This document shows positions 9,483 to 18,686 of a stretch of DNA of 64,000 nucleotides, in pieces. Origin of the DNA: a virus (Duplodnaviria; Caudoviricetes); the IMG/VR virus record IMGVR_UViG_3300049573_000219, positions 32,001 through 96,000 of that record. One strand, 5' to 3'. Each line of letters begins with the position of its first letter. Position 1 is the stretch's first letter. A program made the position numbers and the translations under genes. The notes beneath the pieces are model-generated. The model was not told the origin of the DNA. It did no database searches and saw only the letters and a program-made list of their open reading frames with translations.

Positions 9483-9953
9483 TCAGCCCTTCTTCCTCTT
9501 GCGGCTGCCCGGCGCGCTGACCACCTCTTCCCACCCCTCGGGCACGTTGGGGTGGACACCGATCAGGAGAACCCAGCCGCCGACCTCGACGCCGTCCTCC
9601 TTCGTCACGGATTCCACGGTGCCGACGGACCCCTCGTCGGGTCCGATCACCTCGCCGTCCTTGGCGAAGCCGATCACCTCCACCGAGCCGTCGGCACCGG
9701 CCTTCTGGCGGATCCGCAGCACCACGTCGTGGGCGTACTCCCAGATGGCGAAGAACTCACTGGGAGACCAGTCGCCACGGCCTCCGGAGTTCACCCGGAA
9801 CGCCGCGTTCTTCACCGACTCCATCTTGTTCCTCGGAAACGCGGCGTCGGCCACGAGCATCGTGGGTGACGCGGCGAGCGCTGCTTCCTTGGACGTGTAG
9901 GCCGACGGACCCTTCGGCGGCTTCCTCAGATACACACCGTGAACGCGTGCCAT
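9483..9953 (-). CDS. Hypothetical protein
   Basis: SD and GC3 bias. Confidence 0.7.
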   Translation of the reverse strand: MARVHGVYLRKPPKGPSAYTSKEAALAASPTMLVADAAFPRNKMESVKNAAFRVNSGGRGDWSPSEFFAIWEYAHDVVLRIRQKAGADGSVEVIGFAKDGEVIGPDEGSVGTVESVTKEDGVEVGGWVLLIGVHPNVPEGWEEVVSAPGSRKRKKG

Positions 9954-10022
9954 TTGCTCAACTCCCTCGCAGGTGGAAACGATGCAGGATGTTACCCGCG
10001 TCGACCTGTACCTGCACCCAGC

Positions 10023-10310
10023 CTATGCCGCGATCAGATCGCCCGAGAATTCGGGAACGAAGAGCGGCTGGCGAAGGGAGAGGATTTCCCTGAAAGTGCC
10101 GAAAGGATTTGCGGGAACCGTCATGTCCCCGGTCGGGTACATGAACCCCTCGGCCGCGTCCCACGCCTCGTCGTACGAGGCGAAGAGGACGCCCCCGCAG
10201 TCGAGGATGATCTGCCGTCGGGCCGGTGCCACGAACAGCGGCTCCAGCCCCCGGAAGAACTTGGGGAACCGCTCGATCGTCCAGAGGTTGTGCCTGACCA
10301 GGGTGTACAT
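10023..10310 (-). CDS. Hypothetical protein
   Basis: GGAG SD; MYTLVRHN... Confidence 0.6.
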   Translation of the reverse strand: MYTLVRHNLWTIERFPKFFRGLEPLFVAPARRQIILDCGGVLFASYDEAWDAAEGFMYPTGDMTVPANPFGTFREILSLRQPLFVPEFSGDLIAA

Positions 10311-10323
10311 GACGGACTCCGTT

Positions 10324-10524
10324 TCAGATGGTGATCTTCTCGATGCTACGGACCGGACCGTCGTCGTCCGGCACGAAGTCGTACTCGATGTGACTCCAGA
10401 GCTTCCTCCGGAGGTCGTCCAGCGCCTCTTCCTTGGTGTCACCCTCACCCGAGAGCCCCGTGCGGGGCTCCTTGACCGTGCAGCCATACCGTCCGTAGTC
10501 GAAGACCTCGACCGTGAACTCCAC
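10324..10524 (-). CDS. HicB-like small protein
   Basis: TGLSGEGDTKEEALDDLR resembles the HicB N-terminal fold. Confidence 0.55.
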   Translation of the reverse strand: MEFTVEVFDYGRYGCTVKEPRTGLSGEGDTKEEALDDLRRKLWSHIEYDFVPDDDGPVRSIEKITI

Positions 10525-10562
10525 GGTATTCTCCTCTCCTTGGGAGTTACGGTACCACGACG

Positions 10563-10585
10563 AAGGGCCCCCGGAAGGGGGCCCT
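10563..10585 (-). terminator. Stem-loop (terminator, or hairpin overlapping a promoter)
   Basis: AGGGCCCCC-GGAA-GGGGGCCCT. Confidence 0.55.
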
Positions 10586-10616
10586 CGCGTACTTCATCCG
10601 CTGGATCGGGCAGGCA

Positions 10617-11027
10617 CTACTCGACCTGCTCCAGGAACTCGATGTCGGACTTCAGGCTCCTGGCCTGACGGCGGAACTTCGCCAGGTCCCGCTCGGCCTT
10701 CTCCAGGTCCCGCTTGCGGTCGGCGACGCGCTCCTCGCCCTCCTCGATCGCGTTCATCACGCGCGCCAGCTCGGCGCGGCGGACGTCCGCCTCGGAGCGG
10801 GTGCCCGCGTTCTCCTCGATCCACCGCACGAACTCGTCGAGTTCGGTGGCGACGAAGAACTTCAGCTTGCCGGACTTCTTCACCACCTTCGGGATGCGGT
10901 CGGCGTAGTTGGAGAACTTCGACGACAGGGACTGGGCGGTGATGCCGGTCCGCTTCTCGAAGTCGGATCGGGTCTCCAGCTCGTTCTCGCGGCCCTGGAA
11001 CTCGGTGCGCAGCCAGGTGTCGGCCAT
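10617..11027 (-). CDS. Excisionase/AlpA-like HTH protein with coiled coil
   Basis: TRSDFEKRTGITAQSLS...IPKVVKKSGKLKFF..ELDEFV; heptad tail. Confidence 0.6.
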   Translation of the reverse strand: MADTWLRTEFQGRENELETRSDFEKRTGITAQSLSSKFSNYADRIPKVVKKSGKLKFFVATELDEFVRWIEENAGTRSEADVRRAELARVMNAIEEGEERVADRKRDLEKAERDLAKFRRQARSLKSDIEFLEQVE

Positions 11028-11029
11028 GA

Positions 11030-12145
11030 TCAGGAAACCCTCTCGGCGTGGAACTGACGGACTCGGTCGGCTCCCCAGACCACGGGAAGCTCGGCGGTTT
11101 CGGCGGCGGCCTGGAGCTTTTCCAGCTCGATGACCTTGGCGCCCGGCTCGCCGCGCTGGAACGCCTTGTACTCCAGCCAGACCTCCATCGCCCGGCGGAC
11201 GTGGCTGACCTGGTCGCGCCGGTCCTTGTCGGTCGGCTTCTTGGCGCCCTTCTTGTTCAGGTACTGGCGACGCAGCAGGTGACGCGGGTCGTCGCCACGC
11301 CTGCCGATCTGCGGGAAGCCCTCCCGGTAGCCCGGCTTCAGCCCCTCCAGGAACTCGGCGACGTCGAACGAGTTCGCCCCGGCGGCGAGCGCCATCATGA
11401 CGGAGGCGGCGAGCGCGCTCTGCGGGATCCGGCTGGCAGCGGCCTGAAGGACGTGCTTCATCCAGCTTCCGGAGTCCTCCTGGATCTCCTGGAAGAAGGG
11501 CCAGCCGTGGACCAGCTCGTACACCTCCTGGTTGGACGCGTCGGCGATGGTCCACTCGGTGCGCTCGACGCCCCGGATGACCGGCAGGATGAGCTTGGCG
11601 GCGGCTGCGGACTGGTCCGGGTACGGGATGTCGCCGAGGAGCTGACCGGCGTTGCGGCCACGGCCCGTGTCGAGGACCGCGAAGGTGTCCCACTGGCCGT
11701 TGGTGACGACCGGAACCTCGATCGGCACACCCGACAGCGCGCACGCGGCGAACCGGTGCTGGCCGTCCAGCAGGAAGCCGTCACCCGTGAAGACGACCGG
11801 CGTGGAGATCCGGGGGTTCCAGTCGCCGTCGGCGACGATGGAGACGAGGCCCCGGGTCTTCTTCGTGCCGTTGAGCGTGGTGATGAGGAACCGGCGGTTG
11901 GCCGTGACCTCGGGGTGGCGCAGCTCGCGCGGCATCCTCTCGATACGGATCACCCGGTAGCGCAGCACGTCGCGTGCCATCTCCGGCGTGATCTTCATCG
12001 ACGGGTGCGGGAAGGAGCGGTCCGGGTGCTCCTTCAGGTACTCCTCGGGCGTCTCCGGGATCGGGAAACGCGCCTTGCGGGGGTCCGAGACGAAGTCGAA
12101 TCCCAGCATCCTCTCGATGGTCGAAAGGGTCTCTTCTCGTGCCAC
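11030..12145 (-). CDS. ParB/Srx-like (DGQHR) domain protein
   Basis: ITPEMARDVL...NRR...PVVFTGDGFLLDGQHRFAA...DTGRGR. Confidence 0.78.
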   Translation of the reverse strand: MAREETLSTIERMLGFDFVSDPRKARFPIPETPEEYLKEHPDRSFPHPSMKITPEMARDVLRYRVIRIERMPRELRHPEVTANRRFLITTLNGTKKTRGLVSIVADGDWNPRISTPVVFTGDGFLLDGQHRFAACALSGVPIEVPVVTNGQWDTFAVLDTGRGRNAGQLLGDIPYPDQSAAAAKLILPVIRGVERTEWTIADASNQEVYELVHGWPFFQEIQEDSGSWMKHVLQAAASRIPQSALAASVMMALAAGANSFDVAEFLEGLKPGYREGFPQIGRRGDDPRHLLRRQYLNKKGAKKPTDKDRRDQVSHVRRAMEVWLEYKAFQRGEPGAKVIELEKLQAAAETAELPVVWGADRVRQFHAERVS

Positions 12146-12192
12146 TTTCCTATCCCCTTTCCGGGTGAATGGCTCTATGAAACACGACAGAC

Positions 12193-12230
12193 GTGGCGGC
12201 CGTCAAGACGAGTGTCGAGACGGCCGCCAC
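12193..12230. terminator. Stem-loop in intergenic region
   Basis: GTGGCGGCCGTC...GACGGCCGCCAC. Confidence 0.5.
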
Positions 12231-12285
12231 AGTGATGACGACGATCACCCCGTACGAGGCGAACGGGTAGGCGCCCGGGAAGGTG

Positions 12286-12693
12286 TCAGTCTCCGCCGAG
12301 CGCCCGGAAGATTCCGCCGATCACGCGGCTGACACCGTCAACGATCGCCTCGCCGACGTCCTCGGCCACCTCGCCGACGCTGCGTGAGCCGGAGCCCCGG
12401 CCACCCCTGGCCGTAACAGGGGTGGAAGAGGATCCGGAGAAGAGCGCGCCGTGCTTGGTCCGGCAGTGGCCGATCACCTTCTGCCTGGCCGTGAACTCCC
12501 CCATGTGCAGCGGGTCTCCACAGAGGTTGCAGCACCACATCAGGGAGTTCTGGTCGTACTTGATCAGGTTCGCCGGGTTGTTGTTCTCCGGCTTGTGGTC
12601 CTTCTCGTGCGCCGCGATGGCGAAGTCGAAGAGCTTGTCCCCCAGGTCGAAGGGCTTCCCGCAGACCGGGCAGTGGTAGGTGTCGGCGCTCAT
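12286..12693 (-). CDS. Protein with two C2H2-like zinc fingers
   Basis: CPVC...HEKDH and CNLC...HCRTKH. Confidence 0.65.
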   Translation of the reverse strand: MSADTYHCPVCGKPFDLGDKLFDFAIAAHEKDHKPENNNPANLIKYDQNSLMWCCNLCGDPLHMGEFTARQKVIGHCRTKHGALFSGSSSTPVTARGGRGSGSRSVGEVAEDVGEAIVDGVSRVIGGIFRALGGD

Positions 12694-13181
12694 CGCCCGG
12701 CCTCCTGCTCCAGCCCGGACTGGATGTGCCCCATGGCGGCGCAGAGCGCGGCGCAGGCCGTGAACTCCAGCGCCCCCTCCTCGCCGAGGCTGGTCAGCAT
12801 CGCCAGCGGGATCGTCCAGGCCCCCTCGTCCTCCTTCATGGCCCGACCGGCGGCCGGAAGCACCTTCAGCAGGGACATCGTGTCCACGGAGACCGACGAC
12901 AGGTGGGGGACGATGTCCTCGCTGTAGCGCTGCGAGAACAGCATGCACAGGGTGCCCGTGGTGGCGTACCAGCCGTGCTCGCCCGCCATCCGGCGCAGCT
13001 CGGACATGATGGCGTCGACCGGGTCCTCGCCGTTCCCTTCGGCCTCGATCAGCCGGTTCAGGAGGGCCGGTTCCGCCTCCTGGATGGCGTGGATCTGCTG
13101 GTCGTTGATGGCGGGAAGCTTCTCCTGGGGGAGCCTCTTCCCTTCGGCCAGCAGCTCCAGTACGTCGATGACGGAAAGCAT
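12690..13181 (-). CDS. Hypothetical protein
   Basis: SD and coupling. Confidence 0.7.
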   Translation of the reverse strand: MLSVIDVLELLAEGKRLPQEKLPAINDQQIHAIQEAEPALLNRLIEAEGNGEDPVDAIMSELRRMAGEHGWYATTGTLCMLFSQRYSEDIVPHLSSVSVDTMSLLKVLPAAGRAMKEDEGAWTIPLAMLTSLGEEGALEFTACAALCAAMGHIQSGLEQEAGR

Positions 13182-13206
13182 CAGATACCGCTCCTCTTCA
13201 TGTTCG

Positions 13207-13446
13207 TCACGTCAGTTCCTCTCCGATCCTGTTGATCTCCCGGGCCAGCCGGATCGTCTCCGTCCCACCGGCCCGGTTCAGGAAGTCGATGTCGAACCGG
13301 CCCATCCGGGCCCACCGCTCGATCATCTCCTTCGTCAGACGTGCCTGCTCCAGGGTGGAGCAGAACGCCGTCGGATACTCACCGAGGAGTCCGGCCGCCC
13401 GGTTCAGGTCGGCCAGACTCTGCTCGGTCGCGCGCTCGTAGCTCAC
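13207..13446 (-). CDS. Hypothetical protein
   Basis: GTGA coupling. Confidence 0.65.
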   Translation of the reverse strand: MSYERATEQSLADLNRAAGLLGEYPTAFCSTLEQARLTKEMIERWARMGRFDIDFLNRAGGTETIRLAREINRIGEELT

Positions 13447-13925
13447 CCTCCGGCCTGAAACTGCTCGTCCCAGCCCGGGACGACGTTGACCTCAAGGCCC
13501 TCGTCCTCCCAGACGGCGATCACCGCAGGGTTGTCGTCGTGCGCCTTGACGACCCGGTAGGACTGGCGCAGCTCGTGCAGGATCTCCCGCTTGATCACGG
13601 CATCCTTGCGGAAATCGCCGTCCCGCCTGGTCCGCAGCACGTCGAACGGGATGTCCCAGGCGTTCAGCCACCTGCGGGTGAGCATCCGGTACCGGGCCAG
13701 CCGTGCGGTCAGGACGATCACCGTCCGGCCCTTCGCTCTGGCCTCGTTCGCCAGGTCGACCACCTCCGGGTTCGGGGGGCAGAACTGCGAGGCCATGTGG
13801 AAGGAGTGGAAGTCCCGGTTCGGGTGCGTGACGTAGTGCCTGATCCCCCGGACGTCGCAGAGGGTCCCGTCCACGTCGAACAGCTCGGCTTCGGGAAGTT
13901 CGATCCCATTCATGTCGATTCGCAC
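13443..13925 (-). CDS. HAD-family phosphatase (PNKP 3'-phosphatase-like)
   Basis: FDVDGTL, TAR, RRDGDFRKDAVIKREI, DDNP motifs. Confidence 0.85.
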   Translation of the reverse strand: MRIDMNGIELPEAELFDVDGTLCDVRGIRHYVTHPNRDFHSFHMASQFCPPNPEVVDLANEARAKGRTVIVLTARLARYRMLTRRWLNAWDIPFDVLRTRRDGDFRKDAVIKREILHELRQSYRVVKAHDDNPAVIAVWEDEGLEVNVVPGWDEQFQAGG

Positions 13926-14411
13926 CTACTGGAAGCACTCGGGGCAAGGGGTCGAACCCCTGCCGTGGTTGGTCAGGTTGGCCACCCCGCACTGGGCGAC
14001 GTAGACGTTCAGGTCCCACGAGCCCCCGTGGTACTGGACCCTCTGGGCCCGGTGGAACACGCGGCCCTGGGCGGGGTCCTGGAGGTTGACCACGCCGCAC
14101 ACCTGACGGTGCCCGACCGGCTCGTACAGCTCCGCGCGGGCGTCGAAGCAGACCTTGCACACGTAGACCAGCAGCGCCCTTCCCGCCCACCGCTCTCCCG
14201 CGTCGGCCAGCGCCCGCAGCTCGCGGGAGATGTCCGTGCGCACCCGCTCGTGATCCACGGGGTAGGTCTGGGCGACGCGCCCGTAGTTCGACAGCACCAC
14301 CTCGGCCACCTTCAGCCGGTCCTCGAACGGCATGCCCGGGAGCAGCTTCTCCCCCAGCCGTTCCGCTTCGCGGACGCGCGTGGGATCCGTGATGTTGCGC
14401 ATGTCGGCCAC
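13926..14411 (-). CDS. Hypothetical protein with CxxC motifs
   Basis: Operon position; GC3 bias. Confidence 0.7.
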   Translation of the reverse strand: MADMRNITDPTRVREAERLGEKLLPGMPFEDRLKVAEVVLSNYGRVAQTYPVDHERVRTDISRELRALADAGERWAGRALLVYVCKVCFDARAELYEPVGHRQVCGVVNLQDPAQGRVFHRAQRVQYHGGSWDLNVYVAQCGVANLTNHGRGSTPCPECFQ

Positions 14412-14414
14412 GGC

Positions 14415-14891
14415 TCAGAACCCCTTGGATTCCCAGCGCACGCCGTACAGGCCGAGGCGGGGGTCGTCGGTCTGGGACACGAGACGGACGGTGTAGTGCC
14501 AGCCGCACGCCGTGCACGTCTCATCCCAGCCGCCGGTCCTCTGGGCCAGATCCGAGCTGACGTCGGCGTAGTTGAGGTGCCGGACGTTCAGAGTGCAGCA
14601 GGGAGAGGTGGTGATGACCTTCTCCGTGCTGCCCTTCTGGTAGACGGCGGGCCGGATCACGGCGACTCCCTTGCGGGAGGACCGGTAGTTCTCGTACGGC
14701 TCGCCGATCAGGTAGGTACGGGGCGAATCGGTACGAACCCACACGCCCTCGCCGTTCTTCTCGTACTCGTTGATCGAGATCCAGGCGCCCATCCCCAGGT
14801 GGGTGCCGTGGTCTTCGTCGAACCCCTCGATCGTGCGGAGCTGACCCTGGTAGACGACCTTGTCGCCACGCTTCGGCTCCATGAATTCCAT
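14415..14891 (-). CDS. Hypothetical protein
   Basis: SD GAGGAAGAGG. Confidence 0.7.
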   Translation of the reverse strand: MEFMEPKRGDKVVYQGQLRTIEGFDEDHGTHLGMGAWISINEYEKNGEGVWVRTDSPRTYLIGEPYENYRSSRKGVAVIRPAVYQKGSTEKVITTSPCCTLNVRHLNYADVSSDLAQRTGGWDETCTACGWHYTVRLVSQTDDPRLGLYGVRWESKGF

Positions 14892-14951
14892 GCCTCTTCC
14901 TCATCCCTTCCGAAGTGATTCGCCTGGCTTCCAGGCGCCTTCCAGGCCGCT

Positions 14952-15146
14952 TCAGTCCTGGTCGATCGCCGGGAAGCCGGTCCTGCGCGTCCTCACCCGC
15001 TGGCGCCAGGAGGCCGCCGCCAGCTTGAGCCTGACCGGCTTGCCGTCGAGGTCCCAGTAACGCATCGCGAAGGCGTCGGGCGCCGGGACATCGTTCTGCG
15101 TGGCCCACTCGTACACGCCGTCCGCCGTGGGCTGCTGCTTCGGCAC
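14952..15146 (-). CDS. Small hypothetical protein
   Basis: GGGGAAGGG SD before GTG. Confidence 0.5.
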   Translation of the reverse strand: MPKQQPTADGVYEWATQNDVPAPDAFAMRYWDLDGKPVRLKLAAASWRQRVRTRRTGFPAIDQD

Positions 15147-15232
15147 ACCCTTCCCCTTTCTTCCGCTGACGGCCATCGTCAGGCAGCACTCCATGCTGCG
15201 ACCCCGCTGGCTGCGGGGTTTCGGCCTCGGTG

Positions 15233-15514
15233 TCAGTCGACCGGCTGGCGGCCTCTCCAGGTCCCGAACGGCTCCGCCAGCGGGCCGTCCTTGACGTAGT
15301 CCGGGTCCATCCAGTTCGCCGCCTGGATCGCGCCGCAGGCGCCGCACTCGCCACCGTCGGCGGAGTGCTCGTGGTAGCCGTTGAACTCGTCCCGGATCCG
15401 CGCCGCCCAGGTGCGGCGCATGGCCAGCTCATCCTCGGCGATCCGCTGGATCTCCTCCAGGATGCGCCGCCCGGCCAGCTCCTCGGCCGTGACGTGACGC
15501 TGCGGTCCCTTCAT
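15233..15514 (-). CDS. Hypothetical protein
   Basis: ATGA coupling; MKGPQRH... Confidence 0.65.
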   Translation of the reverse strand: MKGPQRHVTAEELAGRRILEEIQRIAEDELAMRRTWAARIRDEFNGYHEHSADGGECGACGAIQAANWMDPDYVKDGPLAEPFGTWRGRQPVD

Positions 15515-15792
15515 CCCTCTTCTCCTTCCGTCGGCAGGTCCGGCGGACGGGGCGACAGCCTCGTGGCCATCAGCCAGCCCCGCACCCGGCGCTCCTGGTG
15601 CAGCTTCTCCGCGAGGATGCTGACGATCTCCTCCCGGAAGTACCGGCTCCAGTACTCCTGGAAGTCCGGTTCCGTGTCGTACGCGGTCAGCATGACCTCG
15701 CTGCTGGCGGTCGCCAGCGGAACCCCGAACAGCTCGACGACGATGACCGGCCGCCCGTTCCATTCGGTCTTCCCGATGCGTACCGCGTCCAT
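15511..15792 (-). CDS. Hypothetical protein (paralog of 15792-16094)
   Basis: Coupled ORF; shared VELFGVP/LEILGIP core. Confidence 0.7.
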   Translation of the reverse strand: MDAVRIGKTEWNGRPVIVVELFGVPLATASSEVMLTAYDTEPDFQEYWSRYFREEIVSILAEKLHQERRVRGWLMATRLSPRPPDLPTEGEEG

Positions 15793-16094
15793 CAGTCCCT
15801 CCCGAAGGGGCCGAGGCGGTACACCTCACGGCCGATCGGGGACTCGGTGCGCCACTTCACGAAGTCGTGGTCGTAGCCCTCCGTCAGCACCTTGGCCAGC
15901 ATCCGGGCCAGCCGCGTTTCGAAGGTCTCCTGCCAGTCCTCGGTGTCCTGGTGGCCCGCCTCGAACTCGTGGGCATCGGCGTACAGAACCGGGATCCCCA
16001 GGATCTCCAGCACGTAGACCTCGTTGCCCTTCTGGTCCACGGCCAGGCCGACCCGGAACAGTCCCTGAACCTCGTTCACGTCGATCTTCGCCAT
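15792..16094 (-). CDS. Hypothetical protein
   Basis: GACGGAAG motif plus SD; MAKIDVNE... Confidence 0.7.
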   Translation of the reverse strand: MAKIDVNEVQGLFRVGLAVDQKGNEVYVLEILGIPVLYADAHEFEAGHQDTEDWQETFETRLARMLAKVLTEGYDHDFVKWRTESPIGREVYRLGPFGRD

Positions 16095-16114
16095 GCCTCT
16101 CCCTCTCTCTTCCG

Positions 16115-16444
16115 TCAGTGCCGGTAGCGCGGCGCCGTCTTCTCCAGGTGGACCGCCCACGACCCGGGGCTCTCGCCCTCGCCGTCGTTCAGGTAGGCGT
16201 GTCGGCGGGCCGCGAATTCGGACCGGGCCTCGTGCGTTTCGCCCAGCCACTTCTTCACGTCGAGCGGGGCGCCCCAGGTCGTCACGCCCATCAGGCAGTC
16301 GCAGATCATCCCGCTGCCCTGCCGGGACAGGCAGTTCGTCCCGTGCTCGGCAGGCGGGATCTCCTTGAAGCCCATCTCCTGGAGGATCTGGATCTTCGTC
16401 TCCGGGGAGAGAGTGCTGTAGTCGATCTGGATTCCGTGCTGCAT
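16115..16444 (-). CDS. Hypothetical protein
   Basis: SD; coding bias. Confidence 0.65.
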   Translation of the reverse strand: MQHGIQIDYSTLSPETKIQILQEMGFKEIPPAEHGTNCLSRQGSGMICDCLMGVTTWGAPLDVKKWLGETHEARSEFAARRHAYLNDGEGESPGSWAVHLEKTAPRYRH

Positions 16445-16463
16445 GGCCTCTTCTCGCTTTCCG

Positions 16464-16895
16464 TCAGTCCGTGGCGCGGTGCTCGAAGTGCGGGTGCCAG
16501 ATGCCGCCGTAGACGGCGACCTGAAGCACCTCGTCGATCGTGAACGGGTCGAACCCGTCGAGGTTGTCGCTGTACACCCAGGAGGCGCACGCGCGATCGG
16601 TCGCCGGACTCACCGGGTGGAACGGCTTGCTCTGGTCGGCCTTCTCCTCGGTGATCAGCTCGGCCGCCGTGTAGAGCACGGAGTACGTGATCACCTTGCG
16701 CAGGAGGCGTTCCGTGTCGAGCGGGTTGGTCACCGTGATGCGGTAGGCCCAGGTCTCGGGCGCCTCCCCGGCCGTCCAGTCCCCGTGGCGCTGGAACAGC
16801 GACCCCTGCCCGGGGATCTGGGACTGCCAGTGCTCGTACAGCTCCTGGACTCCGGATCCGAAGAACAGGGTCTCCACCTCGGACTTGAGGCTCAC
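16464..16895 (-). CDS. Hypothetical protein
   Basis: GTGA coupling; MSLKSEVE... Confidence 0.7.
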   Translation of the reverse strand: MSLKSEVETLFFGSGVQELYEHWQSQIPGQGSLFQRHGDWTAGEAPETWAYRITVTNPLDTERLLRKVITYSVLYTAAELITEEKADQSKPFHPVSPATDRACASWVYSDNLDGFDPFTIDEVLQVAVYGGIWHPHFEHRATD

Positions 16896-17401
16896 TTGAC
16901 CACCTCCAGCCAGCCCTGCGCCTGCGCGTACTCCAGGCTGCACACCTGGTCGCCGTGCCGGACCTCGACACCGTCGTGCGCCTTGATCCGGAAGGAGCAG
17001 TGGAGCGGAACCGTCAGGTGCACGCCGGGCTCCAGCGGTTCGCGCTTCACGCCGTCGACCGTCACCGTCGCACCGTCCCCGGTGGCGCAGTGGGTGATGC
17101 TGCCGCCCGAGACGATGCCGCCACGGCTGGCCGACACGACCGAGCCGCCGCCGGATACCGAACTCCCCTCCCGCAGGCCGAGCATGTCCTTCAGCATGCT
17201 GAGGAATCCCGGCCGTCCCACCTCGACGCCGAGGGCAACGATCCCGACCGGACCCGCCCAGGCTGCCTGCCCACGGTCGGCGAGCACGTCCACGGAGCGG
17301 TACTCCGTGTCCGGGTCGACGTGAATGAACACCCGGTTCTCCGGGGCCTGGACGATGACCCGTCCCGCGCCCGCCAGGTGGTGCCTGTGCATCAGTCGCA
17401 T
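16892..17401 (-). CDS. Hypothetical protein with Gly/Ser/Val-rich beta segment
   Basis: GACGGAAGAGGAG SD. Confidence 0.7.
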   Translation of the reverse strand: MRLMHRHHLAGAGRVIVQAPENRVFIHVDPDTEYRSVDVLADRGQAAWAGPVGIVALGVEVGRPGFLSMLKDMLGLREGSSVSGGGSVVSASRGGIVSGGSITHCATGDGATVTVDGVKREPLEPGVHLTVPLHCSFRIKAHDGVEVRHGDQVCSLEYAQAQGWLEVVK

Positions 17402-17423
17402 GTCCTTCTCCTCTTCCGTCTCT

Positions 17424-17804
17424 CTACCTGTCGTTCCCGAGCGCGTGACGGCATCCTGTCGTGAAGTGCTCCCTGGCGGCCCGGACCTCCTGCTCGGATC
17501 CGCCGCCCATGCTCAGCTCGATCACCGCGTCACGGAACGCGCGCATCCGGGACAGCAGCTCTTCGTTGCAGTGCTCGGCGGCGGCCTCGAAGGCTTTCTC
17601 CAGCTCCTGCGCGCGGTCCACGTCGGAGCTGTGACTGGCTCCGATCCGGCCCGGCCGCTGAGCGTCGGCCGCCTTCATGATGACCTCGATGAAGAGGTCG
17701 GCCGCCTTCTTGCTCTGGCGGGGTTCGTCCTGCCCGAACAAGAGTGGTTCCTGCGGCTTCTCGGGCTCCTGATCCTGCTGTTTGCGCTTGCCGAAGATCT
17801 TCAT
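17424..17804 (-). CDS. Hypothetical protein
   Basis: ATGA coupling; MKIFGKRK... Confidence 0.65.
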   Translation of the reverse strand: MKIFGKRKQQDQEPEKPQEPLLFGQDEPRQSKKAADLFIEVIMKAADAQRPGRIGASHSSDVDRAQELEKAFEAAAEHCNEELLSRMRAFRDAVIELSMGGGSEQEVRAAREHFTTGCRHALGNDR

Positions 17805-18301
17805 GCGTTTCCTTCGTCTCCCAGGAAAGTCAGCAGGATGGGCGGCCTGACGAAGCAGGCGTGGATCTGGTGAAGGTGGAGGATCCCGGCCGGGGTGAGG
17901 TCTCCCCACTGCGCCTGCCAGAACTCGCCGGTCTTCGTGCTGCGTATCGTGCGAGCGGTCGTCCCCATCTGCGTGGCCTGGACGATCTGCATCGACAGGT
18001 CGCTCGACGGAAACTGGGCCCGGAGTGTCGCCGCCTTGGCGCGCTCACCGCGCTCCTCGAACAGGCTCGCCGCTTCCTCCAGGAGGGCGACGTCGTCGGC
18101 GCGGATCGCGTCGGCCGTCCAGAGCGGCGGAACGGACGTCAGGAGCTTCCCCTGCGGCCTGAGCAGCGTGATGGCGGCGCCGACTGCGCAGCGGTCCGGC
18201 CTGTCGGTCCGTGGCAGGACGGCCAGCACGTACATGCCGGGTCCCTCGACCTCCTCCCAGAGGTCCCCCGCCTCGGGGAATACGACCAAGTCGTTTGCCA
18301 T
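17801..18301 (-). CDS. Hypothetical protein
   Basis: ACGGAAGGAG SD. Confidence 0.7.
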   Translation of the reverse strand: MANDLVVFPEAGDLWEEVEGPGMYVLAVLPRTDRPDRCAVGAAITLLRPQGKLLTSVPPLWTADAIRADDVALLEEAASLFEERGERAKAATLRAQFPSSDLSMQIVQATQMGTTARTIRSTKTGEFWQAQWGDLTPAGILHLHQIHACFVRPPILLTFLGDEGNA

Positions 18302-18322
18302 TTCATCTCCTTCCGTGCGCGG

Positions 18323-18348
18323 AGTCTATCATCGATCGGCCTAGGTCA
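18323..18348 (-). promoter_or_regulatory. -10 TAGACT with upstream operator-like TGACCTAGGCCG
   Basis: Repeated motif at 18337-18348. Confidence 0.55.
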
Positions 18349-18401
18349 TGCCGGAAACACGTCGAGGGGCGACCCCTGATCAGGGCCGCCCCTCGGGTCG
18401 G

Positions 18402-18686
18402 TCAGTCGAGTACCCGCTTGCCGTTGACGACCTCGTACTCGTACCAGTAGAAGATCTCACCGTCGCTGCACGGAACCATCTCGTGCCGCACATGACCGCG
18501 CAGCACCGTCCAGCTCTCCCCGTCGATATCGAGGCAGTAGCCACGGGGCAGGAGGGGCATCGCGGGCTTCTCCCGGTACCTCGCGCCGGTCTCCGGGCGT
18601 ACCGCAACGCTGGAGAACGCCGCCGGAGGGCCGTTGTACAGGCCGTCAACAGGGCCGATCGGGAGAACGGTGATCCTGTCCAGCAT
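18402..18686 (-). CDS. Hypothetical protein
   Basis: TGATG coupling; MLDRITVLP... Confidence 0.65.
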   Translation of the reverse strand: MLDRITVLPIGPVDGLYNGPPAAFSSVAVRPETGARYREKPAMPLLPRGYCLDIDGESWTVLRGHVRHEMVPCSDGEIFYWYEYEVVNGKRVLD

